Assembly (NCBI GenBank): GCA_034110885.1 | Contig: JAWUYI010000074.1 | Span: forward strand, 405 to 64,404 | Direction of reading: 5' to 3' | Origin: Oleiphilaceae bacterium | GTDB lineage: Bacteria; Pseudomonadota; Gammaproteobacteria; Pseudomonadales; Oleiphilaceae | Length of the DNA: 64,000 bases | Shown here: positions 22,366 to 32,326 of the stretch, in pieces | Layout: the number at the start of each line of letters is the position of its first letter | How positions within the stretch are numbered: the first letter of the stretch is position 1 | Made by a program: the position numbers and the translations under genes | The notes under the pieces: generated by a model | Seen by the model: the letters and a program-made list of their open reading frames with translations, nothing else | What the model was told of the DNA's origin: nothing | Database searches by the model: none

Positions 22366-24195
22366 ATGTGTGGCATTGTTGGTGCGGTAGCTCAAAGAAA
22401 TGTATCTGGAATATTGTTAGAAGGACTAAAACGCCTTGAATACCGAGGCTACGACTCCTCTGGTCTTGCAATCATTAGTCAGTCACAGCTTAGCCGGCAG
22501 CGGGCAGTTGGAAAGGTTGCAGAGCTTGAATTGGCTTTGAAATCTGATCCTTTTGAAGGCCATATGGGCATCGCTCATACACGGTGGGCAACACACGGTA
22601 AACCCAGTGTTGAGAACGCGCACCCTCATATGTCAGGGAATGACCTTGCTATCGTGCACAACGGCATCATTGAAAATTACGAAGATCTGCGAAAAGAACT
22701 GATTGACTTAGGTTATGTTTTTACAAGTGAAACCGATACTGAGGTCGTTGCTCATCTAATTCACCATGAACTAAAGACAGCACCAGATCTTTTGAGTGCT
22801 GTCACGACAGCAAAAACAAACCTTCGGGGCGCTTACGCACTTTGTGTTATTCATAATGATTACCCAGGTAAGATCATTGCTACGCGCATGGGTAGCCCAT
22901 TAGTAATAGGTGTTGGTATAGGCGAACATTACTTAGCTTCAGATCAATTAGCACTCTTGCAGGTCACCGACCGTTTCATCTTTCTAGAAGAGGGCGATAT
23001 CGTTGAGGTAACTCAAGAATCCCTCGTGATTCGGGATAGCGCTGAGAAAATTGTTAGTCGCGATATCGTGCTCTATGAACACGGTCATGACTCGGCAGAT
23101 AAAGGTGAATTCCGTCATTACATGATGAAGGAAATTTACGAGCAGCCAAAGGTCGTAGCGGCAACAATGGAAGGCCGTCTTTCAGACAAACACGTGTTGG
23201 CCCAAGCATTTGGTGCAGAAGCTGGCGTTATTTTCGACCAAGTAAAAAATATTCAAATCGTCGCGTGTGGCACGAGTTACCACGCGGGGCTTGTAGCCAG
23301 GTATTGGATCGAAGATCTGGCCGGTATTCCCTGCCAGGTAGAAGTCGCTAGTGAATATCGTTATCGAAAGCATGTGATTAGCGAGGGCACTTTATTTATC
23401 ACAATTTCTCAATCTGGCGAAACTGCTGATACGCTTGCGGCTCTGAAACAGGCAAAGCAATCTGGTTTTCTTGCCGCGCTCGCTGTATGCAACGTGCCAG
23501 GTAGCTCCCTTGTTAGAGAGTCCGATCTTTGTATTATGACTAATGCTGGCCCAGAAATTGGTGTCGCTTCAACCAAAGCATTTACAACTCAGTTAGTCGC
23601 TCTACTGATCGCCTCCACGGCGCTTGCACGTAGAAATGGGCTTACGGAAGACAAAGAAATAGAGATTGTTACGGCGCTGCGCCAACTACCTAAGATCTTA
23701 AGTGATGTCATCGCTTTAGACCCACAGATTGCAAAATTATCGGAGCACTTTGCTGAGAAGCACCACAGCTTATTTCTAGGGCGTGGTACACAGTACCCTG
23801 TTGCAATGGAGGGTGCTTTGAAACTAAAAGAGATTTCCTATATTCATGCGGAGGCCTACCCAGCAGGCGAATTAAAACACGGTCCCTTGGCGCTAGTTGA
23901 CGCAGACATGCCGGTCGTTACGGTTGCGCCAAACAATGACTTACTAGAGAAGTTGAAATCGAATTTACAAGAAGTGAAAGCAAGAGGTGGCGAGCTATTT
24001 GTATTTGCAGATGAAAACGCATCGATCTCCAGTGATGATGGAATTCATCTAATGACTATCCCTTCAGTAAATGACTATATTGCGCCAATTGTCTATACGA
24101 TTCCGCTTCAGCTTTTGTCGTACCATGTGGCTGTTCTTAAGGGTACTGATGTAGATCAACCTAGAAACCTTGCAAAATCAGTCACAGTTGAATAA
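22366..24195 (+). CDS. glmS: glutamine--fructose-6-phosphate aminotransferase
   Basis: ORF track, 609 aa. N-terminal nucleophile MCGIVG, two SIS domains, C-terminus KSVTVE. Confidence 0.98.
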   Translation: MCGIVGAVAQRNVSGILLEGLKRLEYRGYDSSGLAIISQSQLSRQRAVGKVAELELALKSDPFEGHMGIAHTRWATHGKPSVENAHPHMSGNDLAIVHNGIIENYEDLRKELIDLGYVFTSETDTEVVAHLIHHELKTAPDLLSAVTTAKTNLRGAYALCVIHNDYPGKIIATRMGSPLVIGVGIGEHYLASDQLALLQVTDRFIFLEEGDIVEVTQESLVIRDSAEKIVSRDIVLYEHGHDSADKGEFRHYMMKEIYEQPKVVAATMEGRLSDKHVLAQAFGAEAGVIFDQVKNIQIVACGTSYHAGLVARYWIEDLAGIPCQVEVASEYRYRKHVISEGTLFITISQSGETADTLAALKQAKQSGFLAALAVCNVPGSSLVRESDLCIMTNAGPEIGVASTKAFTTQLVALLIASTALARRNGLTEDKEIEIVTALRQLPKILSDVIALDPQIAKLSEHFAEKHHSLFLGRGTQYPVAMEGALKLKEISYIHAEAYPAGELKHGPLALVDADMPVVTVAPNNDLLEKLKSNLQEVKARGGELFVFADENASISSDDGIHLMTIPSVNDYIAPIVYTIPLQLLSYHVAVLKGTDVDQPRNLAKSVTVE

Positions 24196-24639
24196 CTACG
24201 GCCGTTCAAAGGCGTGATTATTATGCTGCAGTTCCCGGCCGTCGGGTGCAGCATAAATGTCTTGTTGAAAGTTGACCTCTTGCGGTAGCAAGGGTGTATC
24301 AATGAAACTCTGTTCGGTGTCTTGTTCTGACAGAAGATCTTGCGTTCGTCCTTCTTTTGACTGATTTTCCTTGTCATTCATCACTTTAAACGCAGGTTTT
24401 CCGTTTACGGTCGAGCGCACAGGCAGTGCATCACTAATAGCCGCATTCGACAGTTCTTCACTCGTAACCGGTGTCAGTGGGAAATCTTCAATGCTGCTCT
24501 TTTTCTCACCAATGTTACTTTCGATAGAAGATTCCCATTCTTCAAAGCTCAACTCCTCCGAAATAGCCGTTAGAGCAAAGCATTGCGCGAACACTATCCA
24601 GCTTATGCAAACAAAATTATGACAAGAAAGGCCAGGCAT
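24196..24639 (-). CDS. hypothetical acidic protein with hydrophobic N-terminus, translationally coupled to greB
   Basis: ORF track, 147 aa. The ATG at 24639 lies 2 nt after the greB TAA, with AAGGAA 7 nt upstream. N-terminus MPGLSCHNFVCISWIVFAQCFALTA looks like a signal peptide, and the rest is Ser/Glu-rich. I recognise no family. Confidence 0.45.
   Translation of the reverse strand: MPGLSCHNFVCISWIVFAQCFALTAISEELSFEEWESSIESNIGEKKSSIEDFPLTPVTSEELSNAAISDALPVRSTVNGKPAFKVMNDKENQSKEGRTQDLLSEQDTEQSFIDTPLLPQEVNFQQDIYAAPDGRELQHNNHAFERP
24221..24256 (+). terminator. strong hairpin 25 nt after the glmS stop (possible glmS terminator)
   Basis: TTATGCTGCA (24221-24230) pairs perfectly with TGCAGCATAA (24247-24256). 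An inner CCCG/CGGG stem (24234-37 / 24243-46) extends it. The downstream tract TGTCTTGTTG is only moderately T-rich. Confidence 0.45.
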
Positions 24640-24641
24640 AT

Positions 24642-25154
24642 TTATTCCTTAGCTTCATAACGAACGTCGGAGATATAAAATAACACTTTCTCGCCATCAA
24701 TCATCAGTTCTACTTCATCATCTAGGCATTGTCCGATTATTTGCCTACTAAAAGGCGAGTCTACGCTAATAAAGCCTTTCTCTAAGTCAAATTCGTCTGC
24801 ACCGACAATACGGTAACACCGAGCGTCGCAGTCAGATAGGGAAGGCTCGAGGGTCACCCACGCCCCAAAGAACACTTTTTCTAGATCTTCGGGTATCCGG
24901 TCGATGACTTGAATGTAGTCCAAACGCTTCGTTAGAAATCGAATGCGCGCGTCGATCTCTCTCAGCATCTTTTTGCCGTAGATGTATTCTGCATTTTCAG
25001 ATCGGTCGCCCTGTGCCGCCGCTTCAGAGACTGCCCTTGTGACGACTGGGCGCTTATCTTTCCATAAGTACTGTAATTCATCGCGCAGCGCTTTCGCGCC
25101 CTCAGGAGTAATATACGGAGAACTAGGTTTTCTAGGTGGTCGGTAGCGAGACAT
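24642..25154 (-). CDS. greB: transcription elongation factor GreB
   Basis: ORF track, 170 aa. ITPEGAKALRDELQYLW, AAAQGDRSENAEYIYGKK and the C-terminal Gre domain. The basic N-terminal extension favours GreB over GreA. Confidence 0.88.
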   Translation of the reverse strand: MSRYRPPRKPSSPYITPEGAKALRDELQYLWKDKRPVVTRAVSEAAAQGDRSENAEYIYGKKMLREIDARIRFLTKRLDYIQVIDRIPEDLEKVFFGAWVTLEPSLSDCDARCYRIVGADEFDLEKGFISVDSPFSRQIIGQCLDDEVELMIDGEKVLFYISDVRYEAKE

Positions 25155-25227
25155 AAAACCCTAATAGTGGAATTGGATGGCGAACAATGTATAACATTCT
25201 TCACCACCTGTACGAAGATTAGCTTGT

Positions 25228-26145
25228 TTAAGCCGGAAATAGATCGTCTATTGAAAGATACCGTTCACCTGTATCGTAACTGAACACAATAACTCGGCTA
25301 CCCGGCGCGAAGTCAGCTTCCTTCTGTTTAACTGCGGCTAGGCTCGCACCCGACGAAATACCCACAAAAATACCTTCTTTAACTGCGCATAGACGCGCCA
25401 TATCAAACGCGTTTTCTTCACTAACTTGTATGGTTCCGTTTAACAAAGAAACGTCCAAATTGCCTGGAATAAATCCCGCTCCAATTCCCTGTAAGCGGTG
25501 CAGACCTTTTTGTCCTCCGCTAATTACAGGACTTTTTTCGGGCTCTACAGCATAGGCTTCCATGCTAGAAAACCTCTTCTTCAACGCTTGCGTACAGCCT
25601 GTAATATGACCGCCTGTCCCAACGCCTGTGATTAGATAATCAATACCTTCAGGAAAATCTTGGATTATTTCCTGCGCCGTTGTTTCTCGGTGAATATCCA
25701 CGTTTGCTGGGTTTTCGAATTGCTGTGGCATCCAGGCATTCCGTGTTTGCTCAACTAGTACTGCTGCTTTCGCTATCGCACCAGGCATACCGTTTTCTTT
25801 TGGAGTGAGCACTAATTCGGCGCCTAGAGCCTTCATATAGCGTCTACGTTCAATCGAAAAAGATTCAGGCATGCACAGAATCAAACGGTAGCCCTTAACG
25901 GCTGCCGCTTGCGCGAGCCCTATCCCGGTATTACCCGAAGTTGGCTCAATTATGACGGTGTCCTTGTTTATAATACCCTCATTCTCGGCTGCCTCTATCA
26001 TTGCTAAACCAATTCGGTCCTTAATGCTTGAACCAGGATTAAAGCGTTCTACTTTCATCCAAACTTCAATGTCATTACGAAAGAGATGGTTAATACGAAC
26101 ATGCGGCGTGTTACCGATGGTTTCTAAAATATTATTGTATTTCAT
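25228..26145 (-). CDS. cysK: cysteine synthase A (O-acetylserine sulfhydrylase)
   Basis: The ORF track runs 25228..26202. I start at ATG 26145 ([18 protein letters not shown] upstream). PLP lysine [15 protein letters not shown] and [10 protein letters not shown]. Confidence 0.9.
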   Translation of the reverse strand: MKYNNILETIGNTPHVRINHLFRNDIEVWMKVERFNPGSSIKDRIGLAMIEAAENEGIINKDTVIIEPTSGNTGIGLAQAAAVKGYRLILCMPESFSIERRRYMKALGAELVLTPKENGMPGAIAKAAVLVEQTRNAWMPQQFENPANVDIHRETTAQEIIQDFPEGIDYLITGVGTGGHITGCTQALKKRFSSMEAYAVEPEKSPVISGGQKGLHRLQGIGAGFIPGNLDVSLLNGTIQVSEENAFDMARLCAVKEGIFVGISSGASLAAVKQKEADFAPGSRVIVFSYDTGERYLSIDDLFPA

Positions 26146-26315
26146 CGAGTGGTCTCCGGAGCGTTGGAACGAAAAAACTCTTGTACGATAAAGCGAAACC
26201 AAGAGTGAGACAAATCAATTATCCAAGGCGCGAAGGTATTTTATAGGTTGAACCACCTAGCTAAAATACGTAAAGTTCGCGTCAACCATGGTTAAGCTAA
26301 AGAATGAGGCAAATT

Positions 26316-26615
26316 ATGAACAAACGTATAGAAGCACTTGGTAATACAATGTTGCAGAAAATTGATGCAATTGGTTTTCAACTTGACGAAATTGGCGTCG
26401 AGAACCAGATTAATCGCCATACATTGATTGCGCGCTTTATGTTTGGGCAAAAACGTATAGAGGGCGAATTAGATAGCCTTAATGCGAGAGTAGAAAGTAC
26501 TAAAGCGAATGTTGTTTCAACAATTGCCTTAGCTGAAAAATATGCCAAAAGTGGCATTGAAGTTCTTAGCTTTCCAGCGACTTATGCTTACGCGCGTATT
26601 AAGCAAAACGCTTAA
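26316..26615 (+). CDS. hypothetical protein (about 99 aa, predicted helical)
   Basis: The ORF track runs 26304..26615. The second ATG at 26316 has GAGG 6 nt upstream. I recognise no motif. Convergent with the histidine kinase gene. Confidence 0.45.
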   Translation: MNKRIEALGNTMLQKIDAIGFQLDEIGVENQINRHTLIARFMFGQKRIEGELDSLNARVESTKANVVSTIALAEKYAKSGIEVLSFPATYAYARIKQNA

Positions 26616-26622
26616 GCAATTC

Positions 26623-28032
26623 TCATGCTGTTTGCTGTTCTTGCTTCGTTTTCTCCGGAGCAAGAGCCGGCAAAATCAATTCAACAGAAAGCCCTGGTTC
26701 GTTGTCTCCCAAGCCGATGCGACCTTGATGAAGCTCAACAACCGCCTGTACTAGGCTTAAACCAAGTCCATTGCCCGGCAAAGAGCGACTCTTAGCAACA
26801 CGATAAAAACGATCGAACACGCGGTTTCTTTCGTCTTCCGGTACACCTATTCCCGAGTCGGCAACGCGGAGCACAATATTTTTTGGCGAAGAGTCTAGCC
26901 CAATCTCGATGTTTCCGCCTTCCGGTGTGTATTTAATTGCGTTGTCGATTAAGTTACTTAGGGTTTGGAAAAGCAGGTCTTTGTCGCCGAAGTATTCGAG
27001 ATCTGCTTTGATTTGAATCGTTAGAGTCTGCTGCTTGTCTTCTGCTAGAGCTTCATAGAGTTCAGCCGCATCTGAAACGAGTTCCGAAAGGTTAAATGCC
27101 TTGAAATTTGCAGAGCGTCCACCCATCTCGAGACGCGCAATACGCAATAAGGCGTTAAAGGTAGCGAGCAGTTGATCGGCTTCAGCCACCGCGTTAGCGA
27201 CTAACTCTCGTTCTTCTTCACCTTGTACTTTGATGAGTGTGTTTTCTAATTGATTGCGGAGTCTAGTTAAGGGTGTACGTAGGTCATGAGCGATATTATC
27301 TGAGACATGTCGTATACCATCCATGAGTTGCACGATTCTATCTAGCATCTCGTTCAGGTTGCGAGAGAGTTGATCAAAGTCGTCGTTGGTCCCACGGTTC
27401 GGAATCCGTAAGGCCAGATTTCCTTTCATGATTTTTTGGCTAGTTTGGTTGATGATTTCTATGCGTTTGGCTGTGCTTCGACTCATCATGATGCCGCCGA
27501 GCATCGCCAGGCCGAAGGTAATGGCCATGCCGAGGTTGATCGCGCGCTCAACCAACTCTTTAACGGCCATGAACTCATTGACGTCACGACCAACTAAAAG
27601 CCGCAGCCCGCCCGGCACAATAAATACGCGTGCCCTTGCTGGTCTAGGTGCTTCACTTTCCCAGCCGAGTTCTTCATTGAGAGTAAAGTTTAGCCAGCCG
27701 TCTTGAACGTCTCCACCTTCTGGCCATTTGCTGATGTTTCCCGCGAGCTTTATAAAGTCTCGAGCCGTAAATAGATAGACGGCTTTACCATTGGGGTCAC
27801 GAGCAACACGTTCGCGAATGACGCTGATTAAGCCATTCAAGCCTTGTCGCTGATACTGTTCAGCAAGGCCTATGATTTCGGCTTCGATGGTTTCATCGGT
27901 TTGGCTCGACATATAACCCGCCGTTGCCCAATAGATGAAGCCCATCAAAATGAAAACAGACGTGGCGAAAAGTACCATGTACATAATCGCCAGTTGAAAG
28001 GTATGTGTTCTTAGAAGACTAAGAATCTTCAC
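26623..28032 (-). CDS. two-component sensor histidine kinase (2 TM, HAMP, HisKA, HATPase_c)
   Basis: ORF track, 469 aa. H-box SDNIAHDLRTPLT, N-box LIDNAIKYTP and G-box GNGLGLSLV. Overlaps the upstream regulator gene by 14 nt. Confidence 0.9.
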   Translation of the reverse strand: MKILSLLRTHTFQLAIMYMVLFATSVFILMGFIYWATAGYMSSQTDETIEAEIIGLAEQYQRQGLNGLISVIRERVARDPNGKAVYLFTARDFIKLAGNISKWPEGGDVQDGWLNFTLNEELGWESEAPRPARARVFIVPGGLRLLVGRDVNEFMAVKELVERAINLGMAITFGLAMLGGIMMSRSTAKRIEIINQTSQKIMKGNLALRIPNRGTNDDFDQLSRNLNEMLDRIVQLMDGIRHVSDNIAHDLRTPLTRLRNQLENTLIKVQGEEERELVANAVAEADQLLATFNALLRIARLEMGGRSANFKAFNLSELVSDAAELYEALAEDKQQTLTIQIKADLEYFGDKDLLFQTLSNLIDNAIKYTPEGGNIEIGLDSSPKNIVLRVADSGIGVPEDERNRVFDRFYRVAKSRSLPGNGLGLSLVQAVVELHQGRIGLGDNEPGLSVELILPALAPEKTKQEQQTA

Positions 28033-28702
28033 TCAAAATATATCCTGCGCCACGAACTGTCTGGAGCAGTTGCTTGGGAAAGTCTTTATCGATTTTTGAA
28101 CGAAGTCGACTGATGTGCACATCGATGACGTTAGTTTGTGGATCGAAGTGATAGTCCCAAACTTGTTCAAGCAGCATTGTTCGCGTGACCACTTGACCGG
28201 CGTGCTTCATTAAATATTCCAATAGGCGGAACTCACGAGGCTGCAGGTCAATTTTCTGGCCGGCACGTTTGACTGTGCGAGCGAGTAAATCCATTTCTAA
28301 ATCGGCGACAGCTAAATGCGTGATTTGCTCCGATCCTGAGCTTGCGCCTCGTCTCACTAGTGCTTCAAGACGAGCTAATAATTCTGTATATGAGAAAGGT
28401 TTAGTTAGGTAGTCGTCACCACCACCACGTAAGCCTTCAACTCTGTCATCCACGTCGCCTAATGCGCTGAGGATTAGAACCGGTGTTTTGTTCCCAGTAG
28501 CTCGAATGGTTTTAATGATAGACAAGCCGTCCATGCCTGGAAGCATGCGGTCGATGATCATTACGTCGTAGCTTTCGCTGGCGGCTAGAAGTAAACCTTC
28601 CTTACCGTCCCCAGAGTGGTCTACAACGTTATCATTTTCTTTTAAGCCGTTTACTAAATACGCGGCAACGTCTTTATCGTCTTCTATTACTAATACGCGC
28701 AT
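28019..28702 (-). CDS. OmpR-family response regulator
   Basis: ORF track, 227 aa. Receiver domain (VLVIEDD, MIIDRMLPGMDG, TKPF) and winged-helix output (LQPREFRLLEYL, VRGAGY). Confidence 0.92.
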   Translation of the reverse strand: MRVLVIEDDKDVAAYLVNGLKENDNVVDHSGDGKEGLLLAASESYDVMIIDRMLPGMDGLSIIKTIRATGNKTPVLILSALGDVDDRVEGLRGGGDDYLTKPFSYTELLARLEALVRRGASSGSEQITHLAVADLEMDLLARTVKRAGQKIDLQPREFRLLEYLMKHAGQVVTRTMLLEQVWDYHFDPQTNVIDVHISRLRSKIDKDFPKQLLQTVRGAGYILSEDS

Positions 28703-28715
28703 TTTCTAACCTCTA

Positions 28716-29519
28716 CTATTCTTGTCGATTCTGCTTAATTGTGTCATAAGCTTCTTTTATTTGTTGTGTTTTTTCTGTTGCTAATTTCATCATCTCCTCT
28801 GGCAAGCCTTTAGCCACAAGCTTATCCGGATGATGCTGACTCATGAGCCTTCTGTAAGCGCGTTTCAACTCTTGGTCAGTGCAAGTGGCGTCTACGCCAA
28901 GCACTTCGTACGCTCCGTCGATTCTATCACTGGTCATAGCGTAGCCCCGGCTAGAGTTACTACCTCGATAAAACCGACTTTGAGCAACGGCCATTGCCAA
29001 TAAACGTTGAAACTGAAATTGGCTGAAACCAAGTATTGCTGCGAGCTCTAATAGAATTCCCTGCTCTTGTTGATGTAAATCTCCGTCTGCCAGTGCTGTC
29101 GCGATCTGAATCTCCAAGAACATTTGCAGAAGGTTCTTATTGCGGCCGCACTCTTTGCGCAGTTGCTTTGCAATTTCAATGAAATCAAAGCTTTCTTCTT
29201 TACCCTTCGAAAAAAGGTTTTGAGCAGCAGCTTTTTGTTCTTTATCTAGCTGCATTCTGGCCATTGTATCTTGTGCAACGGCGATTTCTTCTTTACTTAC
29301 TTTTCCATCGGCTTTCGCAATGCGACCCATGATCGAAAAGGTTGCTGTGAAAAAAACGGCCTGAATTTTTTCCTGATTAGCGATACCCGGTGAAAAGCCT
29401 TCAAGTCCAGAAAGACCTTTGTCGAAGCTATGGCCGATAGCCGCGCCAAGTAATGCACCAATGGGCCCTACGACAGCAAAGCCTAAAGCTCCACCAATTA
29501 CTTTACCCCACCAACTCAT
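28716..29519 (-). CDS. djlA: co-chaperone DjlA
   Basis: ORF track, 267 aa. Gly-rich N-terminal TM segment MSWWGKVIGGALGFAVVGPIGALLGAAIG, a TerB-like middle region, and a C-terminal J domain (YEVLGV...HHPDKL). Confidence 0.88.
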   Translation of the reverse strand: MSWWGKVIGGALGFAVVGPIGALLGAAIGHSFDKGLSGLEGFSPGIANQEKIQAVFFTATFSIMGRIAKADGKVSKEEIAVAQDTMARMQLDKEQKAAAQNLFSKGKEESFDFIEIAKQLRKECGRNKNLLQMFLEIQIATALADGDLHQQEQGILLELAAILGFSQFQFQRLLAMAVAQSRFYRGSNSSRGYAMTSDRIDGAYEVLGVDATCTDQELKRAYRRLMSQHHPDKLVAKGLPEEMMKLATEKTQQIKEAYDTIKQNRQE

Positions 29520-29601
29520 TATAAAACCTATTGCACTAAACTAGCGCTATTTTCTTTCACCAAAGACCCCTTGGGTTTTAACATAGCCCCTAAATTAGCA
29601 A

Positions 29602-30381
29602 CTAGTTAAATGTTTGTAACCAAGCTAGAGAGCGAGCTGTGTCTGATTCTGGCAGATATTCTGCACTTACAAAGCCCTTATAATGATTCGAATCAAGCCA
29701 AGAAAAAATGGTTTTGAAGTTTAGCTCGCCGGTGCCTGGTTCATGTCTTCCTGGATTGTCTGCGAACTGGATGTGTTTTATGTGTGCCTTGTGCTGTTCA
29801 AGGTTGCGTATAATATCCCCATGCATAATCTGCATATGATAAATATCAAACTGTATGCCTAAGTTTTGATGATTAACGTCCGCAATTAACTTTCTGCTTC
29901 GTTCAAGCGTGTCGATAAAAAAATTAGGCATATCGACTCGGGAATTGATGGCTTCAAAGACCAACTCTATATTGTGTGCCTCAAGTTCATTAGCGGCGTA
30001 GCGTAAATTTTCAGTGAGCGTTTGCCACATTTCTGTTTCGCTGAACTGGCTTGAGCGAAGCCCGGAAAGACAGTTTAAGCGGCGAACATTTAGGTGAAGT
30101 GCGTAGTGAATTGCTTTGTCTAAACCTTCGCGGAATTCTGCTTTGCGATCGGGTAAGCACGCAATACCCCGTTCCCCTTTAGACCAATCTCCAGGAGGAA
30201 GGTTAAAAAGCACTTGTTGAAGTTTGCTTTCATCGAGAGCCCTTTTTAAGGTTTCTTTTGGATAGTCGTATGGAAATAGATATTCTACATAAGAAAAACC
30301 TGAATGCCGCGCTGCTGCAAAACGATCTAAGAAAGAGTGCTCTTGGAATAGCATGGAGAGATTAGCAGCAAATTTAGGCAT
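29602..30381 (-). CDS. hyi: hydroxypyruvate isomerase family protein
   Basis: ORF track, 259 aa. N-terminus MPKFAANLSMLFQE..FLDRFAAA is typical of Hyi-type TIM-barrel enzymes. Confidence 0.8.
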   Translation of the reverse strand: MPKFAANLSMLFQEHSFLDRFAAARHSGFSYVEYLFPYDYPKETLKRALDESKLQQVLFNLPPGDWSKGERGIACLPDRKAEFREGLDKAIHYALHLNVRRLNCLSGLRSSQFSETEMWQTLTENLRYAANELEAHNIELVFEAINSRVDMPNFFIDTLERSRKLIADVNHQNLGIQFDIYHMQIMHGDIIRNLEQHKAHIKHIQFADNPGRHEPGTGELNFKTIFSWLDSNHYKGFVSAEYLPESDTARSLAWLQTFN

Positions 30382-30384
30382 AGT

Positions 30385-31269
30385 TTATGTGTCGTTGCGA
30401 AATTGCGTTTGATTTAGGCGTTCTAGCTCAACCATTAATCCGCTGTGATCTAGGTTCTCATTGCCGCTAGCGACAAGAGAAAGGTAACTGTCATGAGTCT
30501 TTTGCGACAATGGAAGGGTTAACTTCTGATGCGCGGCTTCATCAAGGATCGTGCGCATATCTTTAAGTTGAACACGACTAGTTGCACCGGGAGTATAGTC
30601 ACCTTCGATCATGCGTTGCCCATGAAGTTCAAGTATACGACTGGCTGCAAAGCCGCCGCTTAGCGCTTCTCGGACAGCGCTAGGGTCTGCACCACCTTTT
30701 GCAGCAAGCATTAGTGCTTCAGAAACGGCTCCGATAGTAATACCAACAATCGCTTGATTCGCGAGTTTGGCTAATTGCCCGCATCCACTTTGACCGATAT
30801 AAGTTGCCTTGCCTAAAGCTTTAAACACTTCCTTCGCCGCTTCGAATGCGTGTCTGCTGCCGCCAACCATAATTGCTAGACTGGCTTCTTTTGCGCCAAC
30901 AGTTCCACCTGAAACTGGGGCGTCGATATAATTTAATCCAAGTTCCGAAAGCCTCACTGAATGTTCACGAGCTAGTTCGGGCGGTATGGAGCTCATGTCG
31001 ATAATGAGGCTGCTAGGTTTAAAAGCCTTAAAGGTTTGCTGTTCAAATAAAACATGGTCCACAACTGAGCCATTTTCGAGCATGATGATGCTTATGTCTG
31101 CTTCTTTAACTGCTTCGTCGGGGCTTGTGTGGCACTTAGCCCGATCACGATATGCGTCTAGTTTTGATTGGGTCCGGTTCCATAAGTGCAATGAAAACCC
31201 AGCCTCGAGTAAATTTTTGGCCATTGGCTTACCCATCAAGCCAACTCCGAGCAGAGCAATATTCGTCAT
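30385..31269 (-). CDS. NAD(P)-dependent 2-hydroxy-3-oxopropionate (tartronate semialdehyde) reductase / 3-hydroxyisobutyrate dehydrogenase family
   Basis: ORF track, 294 aa. Rossmann motif IALLGVGLMGKPMAKNL, then DAPVSGG. Lies 3 nt upstream of hyi. Confidence 0.8.
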   Translation of the reverse strand: MTNIALLGVGLMGKPMAKNLLEAGFSLHLWNRTQSKLDAYRDRAKCHTSPDEAVKEADISIIMLENGSVVDHVLFEQQTFKAFKPSSLIIDMSSIPPELAREHSVRLSELGLNYIDAPVSGGTVGAKEASLAIMVGGSRHAFEAAKEVFKALGKATYIGQSGCGQLAKLANQAIVGITIGAVSEALMLAAKGGADPSAVREALSGGFAASRILELHGQRMIEGDYTPGATSRVQLKDMRTILDEAAHQKLTLPLSQKTHDSYLSLVASGNENLDHSGLMVELERLNQTQFRNDT

Positions 31270-31303
31270 GACGTCGTCTTCTTAAGAGTTAAAGTTGTTA
31301 CCG

Positions 31304-31332
31304 GAAACAAAAAAACCGCCAGATTGGCGGTT
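31304..31332 (-). terminator. rho-independent terminator of rpoH
   Basis: AACCGCCA (31314-31321) pairs with TGGCGGTT (31325-31332) around a 3-nt loop. On the minus strand the stem is followed by TTTTTTTGTT. Confidence 0.75.
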
Positions 31333-31350
31333 CTTAAGTAAAGCAGGACT

Positions 31351-32205
31351 TTAATCGTCCATTAATACCTTTACTTTTTTCATGGCATTTTTTTCTAATT
31401 GCCGTATGCGTTCGGCTGAAACACCATACTCGGCAGCTAAATCGTGCAAAGTGACCTTGCTATCGTTAAGCCAGCGCTTTGTAAGTATGTCGAGGCTGCG
31501 TTCATCAAGCGTTTTTAATGCCTCTGTTAAGCGGCTATGAGAATCGAAAGCAGCGTCTGCCTGCTCGACCCTGCGCGCAGGATCCATGCTGTGATCTTCT
31601 AAATAATTTGCAGGGGCTAGGAAGGCACTGTCATCATCATCGTCAGCACCGGCATCAAATGAAGCGTCATGAGCACTTAGTCGACCTTCCATTTCACGAA
31701 CGACTTTTGGCTCGACGCCGAGGTCATGTGCAACAGACTGAACTTCATCATGAGTAAACCAAGCCAATCTTTTCTTGGAACTGCGTAAGTTAAAGAACAT
31801 CTTGCGTTGAGCTTTTGTTGTAGCAACCTTAACAATACGCCAGTTGCGTAAAATAAACTCGTGTATTTCAGCTTTTATCCAATGGACAGCAAATGATACG
31901 AGGCGCACGCCGAACTCAGGATTAAAGCGCTTTACGGCTTTCATTAGGCCAACGTTACCTTCTTGGATAAGGTCGGCTTGGGCTAGACCGTATCCAGAAT
32001 AACTTTTTGCAATATGCACCACAAAACGCAGATGGGACATAACAAGATGTCGAGCTGCGATTAGGTCATTTTCGTCGTGCAGTCTTTCGGCTAGAGCCCG
32101 TTCTTCTTCAACCGATAAAATAGGAATGCCATTAACGGACTGAATATAAGACTCGAGGTTCCCACCTGGAATCAGCATATCCACCGGTTTTAAGCTAGTA
32201 CCCAT
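31351..32205 (-). CDS. rpoH: RNA polymerase sigma-32 (heat-shock sigma factor)
   Basis: ORF track, 284 aa. RpoH box [12 protein letters not shown] and sigma-70 regions 2 and 4. Downstream of ftsYEX, as in E. coli and Pseudomonas. Confidence 0.96.
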   Translation of the reverse strand: MGTSLKPVDMLIPGGNLESYIQSVNGIPILSVEEERALAERLHDENDLIAARHLVMSHLRFVVHIAKSYSGYGLAQADLIQEGNVGLMKAVKRFNPEFGVRLVSFAVHWIKAEIHEFILRNWRIVKVATTKAQRKMFFNLRSSKKRLAWFTHDEVQSVAHDLGVEPKVVREMEGRLSAHDASFDAGADDDDDSAFLAPANYLEDHSMDPARRVEQADAAFDSHSRLTEALKTLDERSLDILTKRWLNDSKVTLHDLAAEYGVSAERIRQLEKNAMKKVKVLMDD

Positions 32206-32326
32206 TAAATTCCCCTTTATTATGCGACCTTTGATCTTAACATTTAGTACTTCAGACTAACAAGTCTAGCAAAAAGTTCACTTTTCGCTGCATTAGAAAT
32301 GCTCAAATATTTATACTTCATAAGCG

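Noticed and set aside
26623-28702. I considered whether the histidine kinase and OmpR-type regulator pair next to djlA could be assigned to a named system (PhoQP, QseCB, PmrBA and so on).
   Set aside because: Only generic HisKA/HATPase and receiver/winged-helix motifs are visible. The periplasmic domain has no feature I can tie to a known ligand class, so I kept the generic call.
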